Below, in pieces: positions 52,090 through 64,000 of a stretch of 64,000 nucleotides of DNA. Each line of letters opens with the position of its first letter. Position 1 is the first letter of the stretch. The notes beneath the pieces are model-generated. The model searched no databases. It saw only the letters and a program-made list of their open reading frames with translations, and was not told the origin of the DNA. The position numbers and the translations under genes were made by a program. This DNA comes from Cenococcum geophilum (lineage: Eukaryota): contig CP158635.1 in the NCBI GenBank assembly GCA_050273025.1, positions 29,388,001 to 29,452,000 on the forward strand, given 5' to 3'.

Positions 52090-55000
52090 AAGACTATAGT
52101 AATACCTCCGGATATATAATATTAGTTATTATAGCATCCCTATCCTATAGCAGTAATAGTAAAAGCCTAGTTATATCCGTTACTCTTAATAGCGCAATAT
52201 ATAGCTACTTATAGGTAAAGACTAGTATATATAAGTTAACGCCAACAAAGTTAAAAGACTGCCCCTATAACTTATTTATAGTTATAGCAAAGCATAGCTA
52301 GATTAGAAACTGCCTTTTACTAATAATAAACGGCAGTTCTTCTTTCGTAGAGGTAAGTTTAATATAAGGGATTAGCTATAGCTGGTTATAAAAGCTACCG
52401 CTAAGTATCTAAGTTTTAATACAGTAGTGGCCTACGCGCGTAATAACCATACGGGTGCTGTTATAGAGCCCTTTATTAGGGTAGAGGTTCTATAAAAGGA
52501 TTATAGGCGCGCCTACCTTTAGGGAAAGCTTTAACGGAGGTAGGCTATTATAGTTAAATGTCTACAGAAGCTCCGCCGGTGGTAGTTCTATATAATTTTC
52601 TTCTTCCCTATTTTACTTTATAGAGTTTATAAAATAAAAGGTGCTTAGGGAGCTATAGAGCCGCGGAAGGATAGCGTCGTTAATCTTAGCCATAGTATTA
52701 TTATAAATGGTTAGGATAGCGCGATCGCGGAAGGTATTAGGGTTAGTATATACCCGAGTAAGCAGTTATAGAGGGTATACATACCTATAAAAGGGTTCCT
52801 AAAACCGTAATAGGGCTATACTAGGCGGGATACTAATACTGCCAGCTAGGGCTAGATTGCAGGATAAGCTTTATACCTAAGCTGCAAACTACTAATTTAT
52901 CTTACCCTAGCGGACACGTATATTTAACTATAGGGATAGTATACGGAAGGTAGGCTAGAGGAATAACCGCTATAGGTAGGCACCTATAATAGCTACGCGG
53001 TTCCCCTATAGGACAATAGGCAGTATCTAAGCAAAGTCGCCGCTTAAGATAGTAGGGAGTCCGCTAAAGGTAGAGTTGTTAGAACGGACGTCCGTAAGCA
53101 TACGGTGTATAGCTTTATAGTAGTAGCGGTGCTATATTAGCACCTTATCCTAGATAAGCAGAGAAGTACGGCGTAGAAGCTTAGCTAGATTTAAGCTTTT
53201 AGAGATATTATAAGTAGACTCTTTATATAGATTAAGAGGTATCCAAAAACGGGAGTAGGTAATACGGCCGCTAGGTAGTAAAAGGGCCGTAATGCCAGAA
53301 GAAGCTATATAAAGAATAATCTTACCGCGTAAGCGGTAGTAGTGGTAGAGGTAGTAATAGAGAAATGTTTTACTGGTGTTTATAGGGCCCTAGAGAAAGA
53401 AGCGGCCTGTCTGCGGATCCGTATCTATAGCGGCAATAATAGTATTAAAGCACGCCGCCTAATTGGCATTTAGCTGCTGGCGTAGCTTAGTAAACTGGCG
53501 TTTTTCCTCTATAGGGTTATATTGCTATAGCTTAGCTACAAAAAGTGGGTTATTTCCCTCGGCAATAACGGCCTACTAGTGCTAAAACTGGGGTAGGCTA
53601 TAGTCTATAAGTGTCTTCTAGTGATCCGTAAGTATCCGATGGATAAGGTATAGGCCGTAATTAAAATAGGCGTTATTATTCTCGCCAACTATAGGAGTAT
53701 TAGGCTGCCGGGTTAGAAAGCAAGGTAGATTATTATAGATAGACTGTTTAAAGCGGTCCTATAAAGTAACTAGCTCTATAATAGGGCCGTAAACTAAAGC
53801 GGTTATAAATAAGGAGCGTAGTTAGGCACTAATAGTAAAAACAGCGGCCTCCGTAAAGTAATTAATCTACTTATAATTATCCTCTAGTAGCCCTAAAGCC
53901 ACGTAGGCGGCCTAAAAGGTTAGATAGACTATACTAGCAATAGTATAGAGGTCCTTAAAGGAGGTAAGGCCGGGAACAGAGGTTAGTAGTAGCCGTAAGT
54001 AGAACCTCTTGCCTGTAACGAGACTATAGTAATATATACGGCCTATTATAAGGCCTTACTAGCGTAGACGCCACTCCTGTTGCTTTATATAAAAGATATA
54101 CCGCTTAGGGAAGTCTTAATATAGGCGGTTACGGGTATCGTTATACTCCGCGTTATACTTAAAAAAGGCCGTTAGTATAGAGTAGGAGAGCTTAAGGCGC
54201 TACTAGATTTCCTCTACGGTTTAGTCCGGCTAAAAGTATATAGGCTACTCGCCTGGAAGGTACACCGCAAGCTAAATTATAGGGGGGAACTCCTTATAAA
54301 CAGGAAACTTAAATAGCCGCTAGATAGCCTCGGAGGGGCCAATATAATAGCCCTGTAAATACTAGCTTACCTTATCGCCATCTATAAGTTGTAAAGTAGT
54401 GCGGTCGCTCCCCTTATATATATACTTATAGATATACTTAATGGACTTTATAGAGGCGTAGATCTTAACATTTATATAGGTATAGTACTTTACGGTTAAA
54501 TACGGACTATATAGAATAATCTAGCGGTTATTTATTTTAAATATAGCTTTAAAAGGCCCCGGTAAGCGAACAAACTACATCTACTAATTATTATAATAGC
54601 GGTATTCTGGATAGCCGTCCTTATATATAATAGTAGTAGGGTTAAAAGGCTTAGGGTACTACTTTAAGTAGGTTAGCGGAAGACCTAGCCCTGGCAAAAC
54701 TATATAGGGAGCTCGCGGATTTTAGGAGCCGCAAGGGCCATAAACTATTATTGACTTTATAATCTTAGTAAGACGACTAGTAGGATTGTCCTCTAGCTAT
54801 AGAAGCTCCGCGGATATAAAATGGTTGATAACAGCTAGGTCTAGCAGCCTATTGCGGTTATATAGATGTAGGAAGAGTAGCAGGTATATATAGGGTAGGC
54901 CCCGTTTCTAGTACTTAATGGTTTAAATAGAGCCGCGGTACTGGCTAAAGATCTACTTCTATTTTAGGTTATAAAAGAGGTAGATAAGTTTTATATAGAA

Positions 55001-56760
55001 GACGCGCATAACTAAATCGGGCCTATCTATAGCTGTTTGCCTAGGTAGTGGCTTATAGGTAATCTCGTCCTACTTAGGGTTAGCAGTAAATATAAGAAAT
55101 ATACTTAAACGGCTGTATTTACGGACAATAACTATTAAATCCTAATAGTACTGCCTAATAAAGCGAGCTCCGCTAAGGAAACTAGATGGAAGGACTACGC
55201 GGTAGCCTAACAATATAGGGTCCAGATTATGGCGGGTAAGAGTATCTATAATGCTATTATATAGCTCCACGCGAAGGGTTATTTAGTTAGAGCAGATCTA
55301 GTTAAGCTTATTCTAATTATATAGCGCCCATATATCCACAATATACTACTAAAATAGCTAGTAGTAGGTAAAAGGGACTAACTTAAAGTTAATATGGACG
55401 TGTAGGTAGAACTAAAAGTATGCCTATTACGTTAAACGGTCTCGCTAGCGGGTTTAATTAGAGTTGCGTAGCTAGAGACCCTAGTGCCAGCCAGTATTAC
55501 CGCAAGGAAAGAGCAGTATATAGTGGAGCGGTATATATACGGCGTGCGCTAAGTTAATACGGTAGTATCGCGGGGGTTTATTAGGCATGCCACGCTCTAT
55601 AAGCATAATATTACGGAAGCTAGTATTACTATACTTGTCTGGTATAATAACGGCCACCTTATTACTTATTAGGAGGTTCTTATAGCGTTAATTAGCACCA
55701 GCCTTTAAGATAAGCTGCATTTATAGGTTTAAGATAATTTATAATAGGGTTGTTACGGACTAAGCCTAAAGCCGTTTCTTTATAGTTTAATAAAGGGTAA
55801 TAAAAGGGTTCCGTATCTTAGATAGTATAGTAGTAAGGCACTATAGAATAGTTATATCTAGCTGGGTATTAAGACGGGCCTATAGCCAGATATCTATAGC
55901 ATAACTAGGGTTATAAAAGTATAGCTGCGTATACCGCGGAGTAATATCGGTAGGATGCTCTAGCGGGCCCTATAGATAGTAAAGCTCACTATATATCTGG
56001 AAGCAATTTAGGCAGTCCTAGGCTATACCATAGTTAGTAACGATATAGTTTACGAACGTAAAAGCTAATACTGCATTATATGCGCGGAGCCGCTCCCTAA
56101 ACTGCCTAGTAGAAGTATTATAGGACTCTAAAAGGTTATATAGATATTCTAGCGGAGGCTAGAATAGAGGGAGGTTTATATTACTATGCTTATAGTAGGC
56201 TTTAAACCGTAGATTGCTGGCGGGTAATGTATTAATATATTTATTAATCTAATATAGGGCCGCGTAGAAGTTATAGGTAACGTCTATAGAACTAAGATCT
56301 AGCTGCTCCGTAATATGGCGGACGGTAGTAATAGGACCACGATCTAGCTGCTCCGCGATAGGGCGGACCATAGCAGGTCGCGGCTGGATTGATACGGGTG
56401 GTTACGGTCGCGGCTGGATTAATACGGGTGGTTGCGGTCGCGGCTAGATTGATACGGGTGGTTGCGGTCGCGGCTGGATTGATACGGGTGGTTGCGGTCG
56501 CGGCTGGATTGATACGGGTGGTTGCGGTCGCGGCTGGATTGATACGGGTGGTTACGGTCGCGGCTAGATTGATACGGGTGGTTGCGGTCGCGGCTGGATT
56601 GATATAGGTGGTCGCGGTTGCGGCTGAATCGATATGGGCGGTATAAGAAGGCGGGAAGCAGAGGGAGAAGCAACAGCGGAAGCAGTAGCGGCGGTAGCAG
56701 CGGCTGCAGTTTGGTTTATAGGCTGCGGAAGGTCCGCTAAAGGTTATTATCGGGACCATC
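52090..56760 (-). pseudogene. Helitron Rep/helicase (HUH endonuclease plus PIF1-like SF1 helicase)
   Basis: N-terminal CxxCxAxHW...CC ~56195-56278; Rep motifs FLTFTANPKW ~55070-55100, EYQKRGLPHxH ~54883-54916, YIHKYVYKG ~54410-54437; helicase GPAGTGKT ~53367-53390, DEVPM ~53135-53149, GDFAQ ~53028-53042; C-terminal YPEVL ~52099-52114. Confidence 0.93.
56376..56630. repeat. 30-bp tandem repeat (about 8 copies) in the RepHel N-terminus; reads SIQPRPQPPV in the RepHel frame
   Basis: Unit GGTCGCGGCTGGATTGATACGGGTGGTTGC; in frame with downstream VRPIAEQLD...CDFCAALHW. Confidence 0.9.
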
Positions 56761-57434
56761 CCTTTCTTTTATCCTATATAAAGTTAGAAAGGTAGTAGGT
56801 AAAAAGAGTAAATAAAGAATTAACCCTATAATAGTTATAGGTCTTATACAGAGCTCTATAATAGTTTATTGTAAAGTTAGTAAAAGAGTAATACTACTTA
56901 TAGGCGTTGCAAAATATACAATCGGAAGGCATTTAGGTAGTAGGTAGGGTGGTAATATATAGAAGATATTTTAAGCAGTAAGGGGTAGGAAGAGGTTATA
57001 AGGTTGCAAATTTGATGGGGTAGTACGTAAGGTAGCACGTCCCTTTATTAGGTAACCCGAACCAAATTTTAACTAATTGGAACATTAGGTTTAACCTAAA
57101 CTTAGTATATAAATAGACGAGAATTCCGTTAAATTTTCCAAGGAAAATTTCTAAATTGCTGACTTATAGCTAGCAATTTGGTTCCTTAGGTAAATTTAAC
57201 AGAATTCTCGCGCCTGCGGCGGGCTTTTGGCCTTTTGGGATAAAGTGCTGCCTTACTACTGCCCTTTTACTGCCCTCCTACTGCCCTACTACTGCCCTAC
57301 TACTACTGCCAGTACTACTACTGCTACCAGTACTACTACTGCTGCCACTGCTGCTACTACTGCCACCACCGCCACTACTGCCACTGCCACTGCCACTGCT
57401 ACCACTGCTGCCACTGCTGCTACCGCTGCTACCG

Positions 57435-58393
57435 CTGCTACTACTGCCCATCCGTATCTGTTCCCGTGTCTATTTATATAACTGCTGCTATAGCTACTAC
57501 TCCAGCTACTGCTCTAGCTACTGCTTTAGCTGCTTTAGCTGCTACCGTCTAGCCTGCCAGCGACTGTCCTAGCCGTTATTATCCTAGTCGCCACTGCCTA
57601 GCTCCTCCTCCTTCTCCTCCTCCTCCCCCTGCTGCTGCCGCCGCTCTTACTCTTATTGTTACTACTCCTACCTCTACACCTGCTGTATAGCCTGTACCCG
57701 CTAGTACTTATATACCCGCTGCTGATAAAGCTGCCGCCGCTGTACCCGTTGTTGCACCCGTCGTTGCTTACGCTGTTTATACTACTCCTCTTATTATAGC
57801 TGCTCCTGTAGCTTAATATCCTAAAGGTAATTATTAATAGTTAATAGCCGCCGCTTAAACTAATCGAGCGGTGTCTAGCCCTTAGATATCCGTGCGGTAG
57901 TATAAACCTCCTCTTCGCTAGCCTGCTATACCCATTGCTATAAATATATTTATGCTAACTCCCGTAACGGAGGCCGGTGCTAATTCTATAGCGTTTGCTT
58001 AGACCTTTAGTATAGAGCTTTCTTATTTATACGGCAGATCTTATAAGTTTTAAACCGACTAAATTAGAATAGTTGGCGCCGCTGGTTATAACTAGAGCAG
58101 TAGCGTAGAGACTGTTGCAGAGGCTACTGTGGAGGCTGCTGCGGAGACTGCTGCGGCTGTTACGGAGGCTGTTGCGGAGACTATTGCGGAGGCTATTGCG
58201 GAGACTGTAGAGGCTATTGCGGGGACTGCTGCGGAGGCTATTAGGCCTGCTTCTTCTCCTTCCTCTCCTTTTGCCTATACTGGTAGTAAATATATATAGT
58301 AATATGGAGACCGTTAGAATTAAAGGGGTATTTAGAAATAGACCTAATGTAATAATAACGGTCACAAAATAAGTGGTTAAGGGGGAGATCTAT
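57435..58393 (-). pseudogene. About 320-aa protein with two C4 zinc-finger-like motifs, a Q/P linker and a Q/E/R-rich tail
   Basis: One frame, with stops explicable as RIP-mutated Gln/Trp codons: (M)DLPLNHLFCDRC...SEYPF....CIxC, QP repeats, CSGCNQRRQLFQFGRFKTCEICR, ...QWVQQASEEEV...WTPLDWFERRLL. The 3' end is approximate. Confidence 0.65.
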
Positions 58394-58423
58394 AGAGTAG
58401 TGGTAGAGTAGTGGTAGTAATAA

Positions 58424-59350
58424 GGGTTGCGTACGCGGTGGTTGTATACGCGGTGGTTATATACGCGGTAGTTGTGTTGCGGTGGTTATATACGCGGTGG
58501 TTGTGTCGCGGTGGTTGTGGATGCGGTGGTTGTGTATGTGGTGGTTATATACGCGTAGTTATATACGCACGTAACAGTTTCTAGACAGAGCTCCGTGTAC
58601 GGCTCCCCCTGGGCTGTTGGAGAGCCGTTTATACGGACGATTGCATGGGCGATTGTATTGGCGATAGTAGAGCCGTTTATAGGGTGTTTGTAGAGACGAT
58701 GCGGAGCTATTCGTAGGGCCGTTCGTAGAGACGATGTAGAGCCGTTTGTATGGACGATTGCACGGGTGACTATATGGGCAATGGTAGAGCCGTTATAGAG
58801 ACGATGTAGAGCCGTCGTAGAGCCGTTCGTAGGGTCGTTTATAGAGCCGTTTATTAAATGATGTAGAGCCGTTTGTTAGATAATGCAGAGCCATTCGTAC
58901 AGACAATTGTATGGGCGACTGTATGGGCTATAGTAGAGCCGTTTGTAGAGCTGTTCCAGAGCCGTTATAGGGCCGTTGTAGAGCCGTTCGTAGTCGTTTG
59001 TAGAGACGATGTAGGGCCGTTTGTAAAGACGATGTAGGGCCGTTTATAGAGACGATGTAGAGTCGTTGTAGAGCTGTTTGTAGGGTCGTTTATAGAGACG
59101 ATACGGAGCCGTTTGTAGGGCCGGTCGTAGAGACGATGTAGAGCTGTTATAGAGATGCAGAGCCGTCGTAGAGACGATGTAGAGCCATTGTAGAGACGAT
59201 GTAGGGCCGTCGGTAGAGACGATATAGAGCCGTCGTAGAGATAATGCAGAGCCGTCCGTACGGACGATTGTACGTGCGACTGTATGGGCAATGGTAGAGC
59301 CGTCGTAAAGCCGTCGTAGAGCCGTCGTAGAGCCGTTATAGAGCTATTTG
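58424..59350. repeat. Tandem arrays in Helitron unit 2: ~15-bp GCGGTGGTTGTRTAC (58424-58568) and GTAGAGCCGTY / GTAGAGACGAT mosaics (~58615-59350)
   Basis: Direct inspection; explains the ORF call at 58965-59291. Confidence 0.9.
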
Positions 59351-60217
59351 TAGAGATAAGATTTTCTAGTATTAGTGCTATATATTAGTAGAGCTTTAGA
59401 GCTCCAGATAAGCTTTAAGTAGAGCTTTATGTAGAGCTTTTACGGAGTATTGTGTAGAGTTTTTATAAAGCTTCGTGTAGAGCTTTTGTAGAGCTCCGTG
59501 TACCCTAGAGCTCTAAACCTTTATATTAGTATAATATTGCTTAACCTTAGTATATTTAAATAAAAGTGGTATTATTTTAAAGCGCTTTGCAAGTTCTATA
59601 AATCTATTATAATAGAAACTTTATATAGGTAATACTGGAGGGTATATCGCAAGTGTAAGTATTAAGGTCGCTTGGTCGCGAATTAATGGGGTAGTATGTC
59701 CCTCATTAGGTGACCAGACAAATTTTTAACCAATTGGAAACTTAGGTTAAAACATAATTCAGTATATATAAGACAAGAAATCCGTTAAATTTTCTAAGGA
59801 AAATTTTAAAATTGCTAACTTATAGCCAGCAATTTTGGTCCTTGGATAAATTTAACGGATTTCTCGCGCCTGCGGCGGGCTTTTGTCCTTTAGGACAAAG
59901 TCCTTTTAGGGACAAAGTCCTTTTAAGAACTACTACTACCCTACTACTACCCTACTACTATTATAGTGGTAACGTAAGGCTGCCTTTATGTGATAATCGC
60001 GTGATATAGATTTATATAATTGATCACGTGATATATATTAACAATAGCTATTCACGTCATCGTCGTCGTCGTCTTCTTCCTTAAGCAACAGCACTATTAC
60101 CATCACCATTACCATCACCACTGCTACTACTGCTGCGTCTTCTGCTTCTGCTCCTGCTTCTACTACTGCCACCACTGCCACTACCACCACCGCACCACCA
60201 CCGCCGCTGCCGCCGCT

Positions 60218-61204
60218 ATGTCCGCGCCCAGCCGCCGCTTTTTATCTATACCGCCGCCGTCTCGGGCTAAGGTACCTACACGCGGGACTTCGGTCCCAGC
60301 AGATAAGCGTACTAGTAAGTATTAGTACTATAAAATTTAAGAATTTGAGAATTTAAGAAGATACTAACATATAAATAGCTGCTGTAGCTACAGCTGCCGC
60401 CAGGCCCCTCCCCGCTCCCACTCCTACTGCCGCTCCCGCTCCTACTACCGCTGCCGCTGCTGCTGCTCCCGTCGCTCCCCCCCCGGCCAGCTTTACGGCT
60501 GTTAATTAGCCCGCCGCCCTCTTGCCCTAGAATCCCTTACCTACCGCGCTCGCCGCCACCGCCGCCACCGCTACCGCTAACACAGCCATAATGCGGGCGC
60601 TGCGTCCCCTACTACGCGTTCAGGGCGTGTCTCTGTGGTAGGCTCCTAACCTAGATAGAGCTCTTGGGGTCTACTAGGGGGTCCGCCTTAAGGCCAGGGC
60701 CCTAAATATAGAGGCCGCCCTAGCGTAAAGCAGGGGTACGGTAGCCCTGTAGGCTTATGCGTCGTATATATAGGGCGGTGGCCCATTTATGGAGTGTATT
60801 AGTCGCGGGCCAGCTGCGCGGCAGCTATACTAACTACCATTATAGCAGTAAAGGGGCGCGCTATTCCTTCTGGGCCTGTAAGTTAGCAAGGTAAATAGTA
60901 AAAAGTATAACTAATAGAGATAATAGCGTCTGCCCCTACCGCAGCTACTACTGCCACCCTACCGGTCCGCCGCAGCCGCGCCTTCTCCCGCGCCCTAGCC
61001 CCTCCCGCTACCGCCGCCACCGCCGCTGATGATAACGACAATGATAATAACAATAATAATAATAATAACGATAATAACAATAAAGAGGAGGCCCCGCCTG
61101 CCCGCGCCCGTCCCCGCCCTATATAGCGCCAGTAGGTTACGGGGCTGCTCCGCCATTTAGCGGATATAGTTAAGCAGTAGAAGGGGGGTAAGGATAAGGA
61201 GTAG
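60218..61204 (+). pseudogene. Second copy of the DUF3716-like cargo gene
   Basis: ATG at 60218; GTAAGT donors at ~60315 and ~60878; same Cys-rich core at ~60755-60872. Confidence 0.75.
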
Positions 61205-61489
61205 GGGAGGGGGGGTAGAGGAGGGGGGGGAGAAGGGAAGGAAAAGGGATTGTTTACTGGACCCTACGGGGCATTTGCAAAGGTTTTACTGGCCCTACAG
61301 GGCAGTTGTAGAAGTAGTTGTTTAATAAAATAACATACCTTATTATAAAAGTAATACCTTTAGATATAATATTAGCCCAAAACCAAGTACTGTCCTATTA
61401 CTGCCCTACTACCCTACTATACTGCTACTATTACTGCTACCGCTGCTATACCGTCCCCCTATATCCTAGCCCATAACGGCCGGTAATAT

Positions 61490-64000
61490 ATTACTATAGT
61501 AACACCTCCGGATATATAATATTAGTAGTTATAGTACCCCCGTTCTGCGGTAGTAATAGTAAAAGCCCAGCTATATCCGTTACTCTTAACAGCGCAATAT
61601 ATAGCTGCCTATGGGTAAAGGCCGGTATACGTAAATCAACACTAATAAAGTTAAAAGACTGCCCTTATAACTTGTTTACGGTTATAGCAAAGTATAGGCG
61701 GATTAGAAACTGCCTTTTACTAATAATAAACGGCAGTTCTCCTTCCGTAGAGGTAAGCTTAATGCGAGGAATTAGCCGTAGCTAGTTATAAAAGCTACTA
61801 CCAAGTATCCGAGTTTTAATACAGCGGCGGCCTACGCGCGTAATAACTATATAGGTGCCGTTATAGAGCCCTTCCTAAGAATAGAGGTTCCGTAAAAGAA
61901 TTATGGGCGCGCCTACCTTTAGGGAAAGCTTTAATGGAGGTAGGCTATTAGGGTTAAGTGTCTGCAGAAGCTTTAGTGGCGGTGGTAAAATATTACTATT
62001 ATCTTCTTCTCTACTTTACTCTATAGTATTTATAGAATAAAAGGTACTTAGGGAGCCGTGGAGCCGTATAAGGATAGCATTATTAATCTTAGCCATAGTA
62101 TTGTTGCGAATGGTTAGGATAGCGTAAATCGCGGAAGGTATTAGGAGTAGTATATGCCCGTATAAGTAGTTACGGAGGGTATATATACTTGTAGAAGGGT
62201 TCCTTAGACCGTAACTAGGCTATACTAGGCGGGATAGTAACGCTGCTAGATAGGGACGTATTGTAGGATAAGCTCTATACCTAAGCTGCAAACCGCTAAT
62301 TAGCCTTACCCTAGCAGACATATATATTTAACCGCAGGGATAGTATATAGAAGGTAGGCTAGAGGAACAACCGCTGTAGGCAGGCACCTATAATAGCTAC
62401 GCGGTTTTCCTATAGGATAATAGGTAGTATCTAAGTAAAGTCGCCGCCTAAGATAGTAGGGAGTCCGCCAAAGGTAGAGTTGTTAGAATGGACGTCCGTA
62501 AGTATACGGTGTATAGCTTTAAAGCAGTAGCGGTGCTGTATTAGTACCTCGTCCTAGATAAGCAGAGAGGTATAGCGTAGAAGCTTGGCTAGATTTAAGC
62601 TTTTAAAGATATTGCAAGTAGACTTTTCGTGTAGATTAATAGGTATCTAAAAACGGGAGTAGGCAGTACGGCCGCCGGGTAGTAGGAGGGCGGCGATACT
62701 AAAAAAAGCTATGTAAAGAACAACCTTACCGCGTAAGCGGTAGTAGTAGCAGAGGCAGTAATAGAGAAATGTTTTACTAGTGCCTATAGGGCCCTAGAGG
62801 AAGAAGCGGGCCGTCTATAAATCCGTATCTATAGCGGCAATAATAGTATTAAAGCACGCTGCCTGATCTGTATTTAGCTGCTAGCGCAGCTTAGTAAACT
62901 GGCGTCCTTCCTCTATATAATTATACCGTAGCTCCGCTAAAAGAAGCGGGTTATTTTGCTCCGTGATAATATCCTACTAGTGCTGGAACTAGGGTAGGCT
63001 ATAGTCTATAAGTGTCTTCTAGTAATCTATAAGCATCTAATAGATAAGATATAGGCCGTAATTAAGATAGATATTATTGTCCTCGCTAGCTATAGGAGGA
63101 GCATTAGGTTAGCGGGCCAGAAAGCAAGGCAGATCATTATAGATAGACTGTTTAAAGCGGTCCCATAAAGCAACTGGCTCCGTAATAGGGCCGTAAACTA
63201 AAGCGGTTATAAATAAGGAGCGTAGCTAGGCGCTAGTAGCAAAAACGGCGGCCTCTGTTAAGTAATTAATCTACTTATAGTTATCCTCTAGTAGCCCTAG
63301 GGCCACGCAGGCGGCCTAGAAGGTTAGATAGACTATACTAGCAATAGTACGGAGGTTTTTAAAGGAGGTAGGGCCGGGAACGGATATTAGTAATAGCCGT
63401 AAGTAGAACCTCTCGCCCATAATAGGACTGCAGTAATATATACGGCCTATTATAAGGCCTTACTAGCGTAAACGCCACTCCCGTTGCTTTAGATAAAAGA
63501 TATACTGCTTGGGGAAGTCTTAATATAGGCAGTTACGGCTATCCTTATGCTCCGTATTATACTTAAAGAAGGCCGTTAGTGTAGAGTGAGAGAGCTTAAG
63601 GCGCTGCTGGATCTCCTTAGCGGATTAATTGGGCTAAAAGTATACGGACTGCTTGCCTGGAAGGTGCACCGTAAGCTAGGTTATAGGGGGGGACTCCTTG
63701 TAAATAGAAAGCTTAAATAGCCGCTAAATAGCCTTAGAGGGGCTAATATAACGGCCCTGTAAATACTTATTTACCTTATCACCGTCTATAAGCCGTAAAG
63801 TAGTGCGGTTGTTCCCTTTATATATATATTTATAGATATACTTAACGGACTTTACGGAGGCGTATACCTCAACATTTATATGTGTATAGTACTTTACGGT
63901 TAGATACGGGCAGTACGGAATAATCTAGTGGTTATTTATTTTAAACGTAGCTCTAAGAGGCCCTGGTAAGCGGACAGACCATAACTGCCTATTATTATAA
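61490..64000 (-). pseudogene. Helitron Rep/helicase, 3' half (partial)
   Basis: YIHKYIYKG ~63812-63840, GPAGTGKT ~62770-62793, DEVPM ~62540-62553, YPEVL ~61499-61515. Confidence 0.92.

Larger units (their letters stand above)
50304..57117 (-). mobile_element. Autonomous-type Helitron, unit 1 (6.8 kb, RIP-inactivated)
   Basis: Minus-strand 5'-TCTATTTATAT at 57117 and 3' ...TTCTTG at 50304. Inserted at A|T of the Gypsy H RT. Carries RepHel and a convergent cargo gene. Confidence 0.92.
57118..59773 (-). mobile_element. Non-autonomous Helitron, unit 2 (2.66 kb), with a zinc-finger-like cargo ORF and tandem arrays
   Basis: 5'-TCTTATATATACT at 59773 and 3' ...TTCTCG at 57118. About 100 bp at each end is homologous to the ends of unit 1; the interior is unrelated and has no RepHel. 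Confidence 0.88.
59774..64000 (-). mobile_element. Autonomous-type Helitron, unit 3 (diverged relative of unit 1; continues beyond the window)
   Basis: 3' ...TTCTTG at 59774 directly abuts the 5' TC of unit 2. Colinear with 50304 to ~54600. Confidence 0.92.

Noticed and set aside
56292..56759. 155-aa ORF MVPIITF... as the RepHel N-terminus
   Set aside because: The conserved RepHel zinc motif downstream is in a different frame; this frame is open because of the 30-bp repeat.
50304..59866. The thrice-repeated ~110-bp block as LTRs or DIRS-type split repeats
   Set aside because: No RT or tyrosine recombinase lies between the copies. RepHel, 5'-TC ends and the A|T target identify them as Helitron 3' ends.

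Overview
This window is gene-free, AT-rich nested-transposon DNA from a filamentous ascomycete. Nearly all coding sequence has been destroyed by C>T/G>A transitions typical of repeat-induced point mutation (RIP), so motifs were read by eye after reverting those transitions. It contains three GalEa-type Ty1/Copia elements (QTDD reverse transcriptase (RT), CTGATCAGT site beside the 5' LTR), one internally deleted Copia of another clade, and a host Copia fragment. It also holds five Gypsy-type elements or fragments, a putative CACTA-like non-autonomous element built from tandem arrays, and a 216-bp hAT-like MITE. Most junctions resolve to the base with target-site duplications (TSDs). Four observations stand out. 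(1) Three different Helitrons form a head-to-tail array inserted at an A|T site (50304 to beyond 64000); their 3' ends fold into a long covarying hairpin and they carry cargo genes, a spliced DUF3716-like Cys-rich gene and a double-C4 zinc-finger gene. (2) A 1.65-kb poly(A)-tailed retroposon with no recognisable coding sequence has a 12-13 bp TSD and an array of hairpin repeats (1833-3483). (3) A ~52-bp palindromic cassette is shared in opposite polarity by two unrelated Copia families. (4) A Gypsy element carries a spliced antisense Cys-rich gene. No intact host gene, tRNA, rRNA or CRISPR array was found. The supplied ORFs are mostly artefacts of tandem repeats or short RIP-spared fragments.
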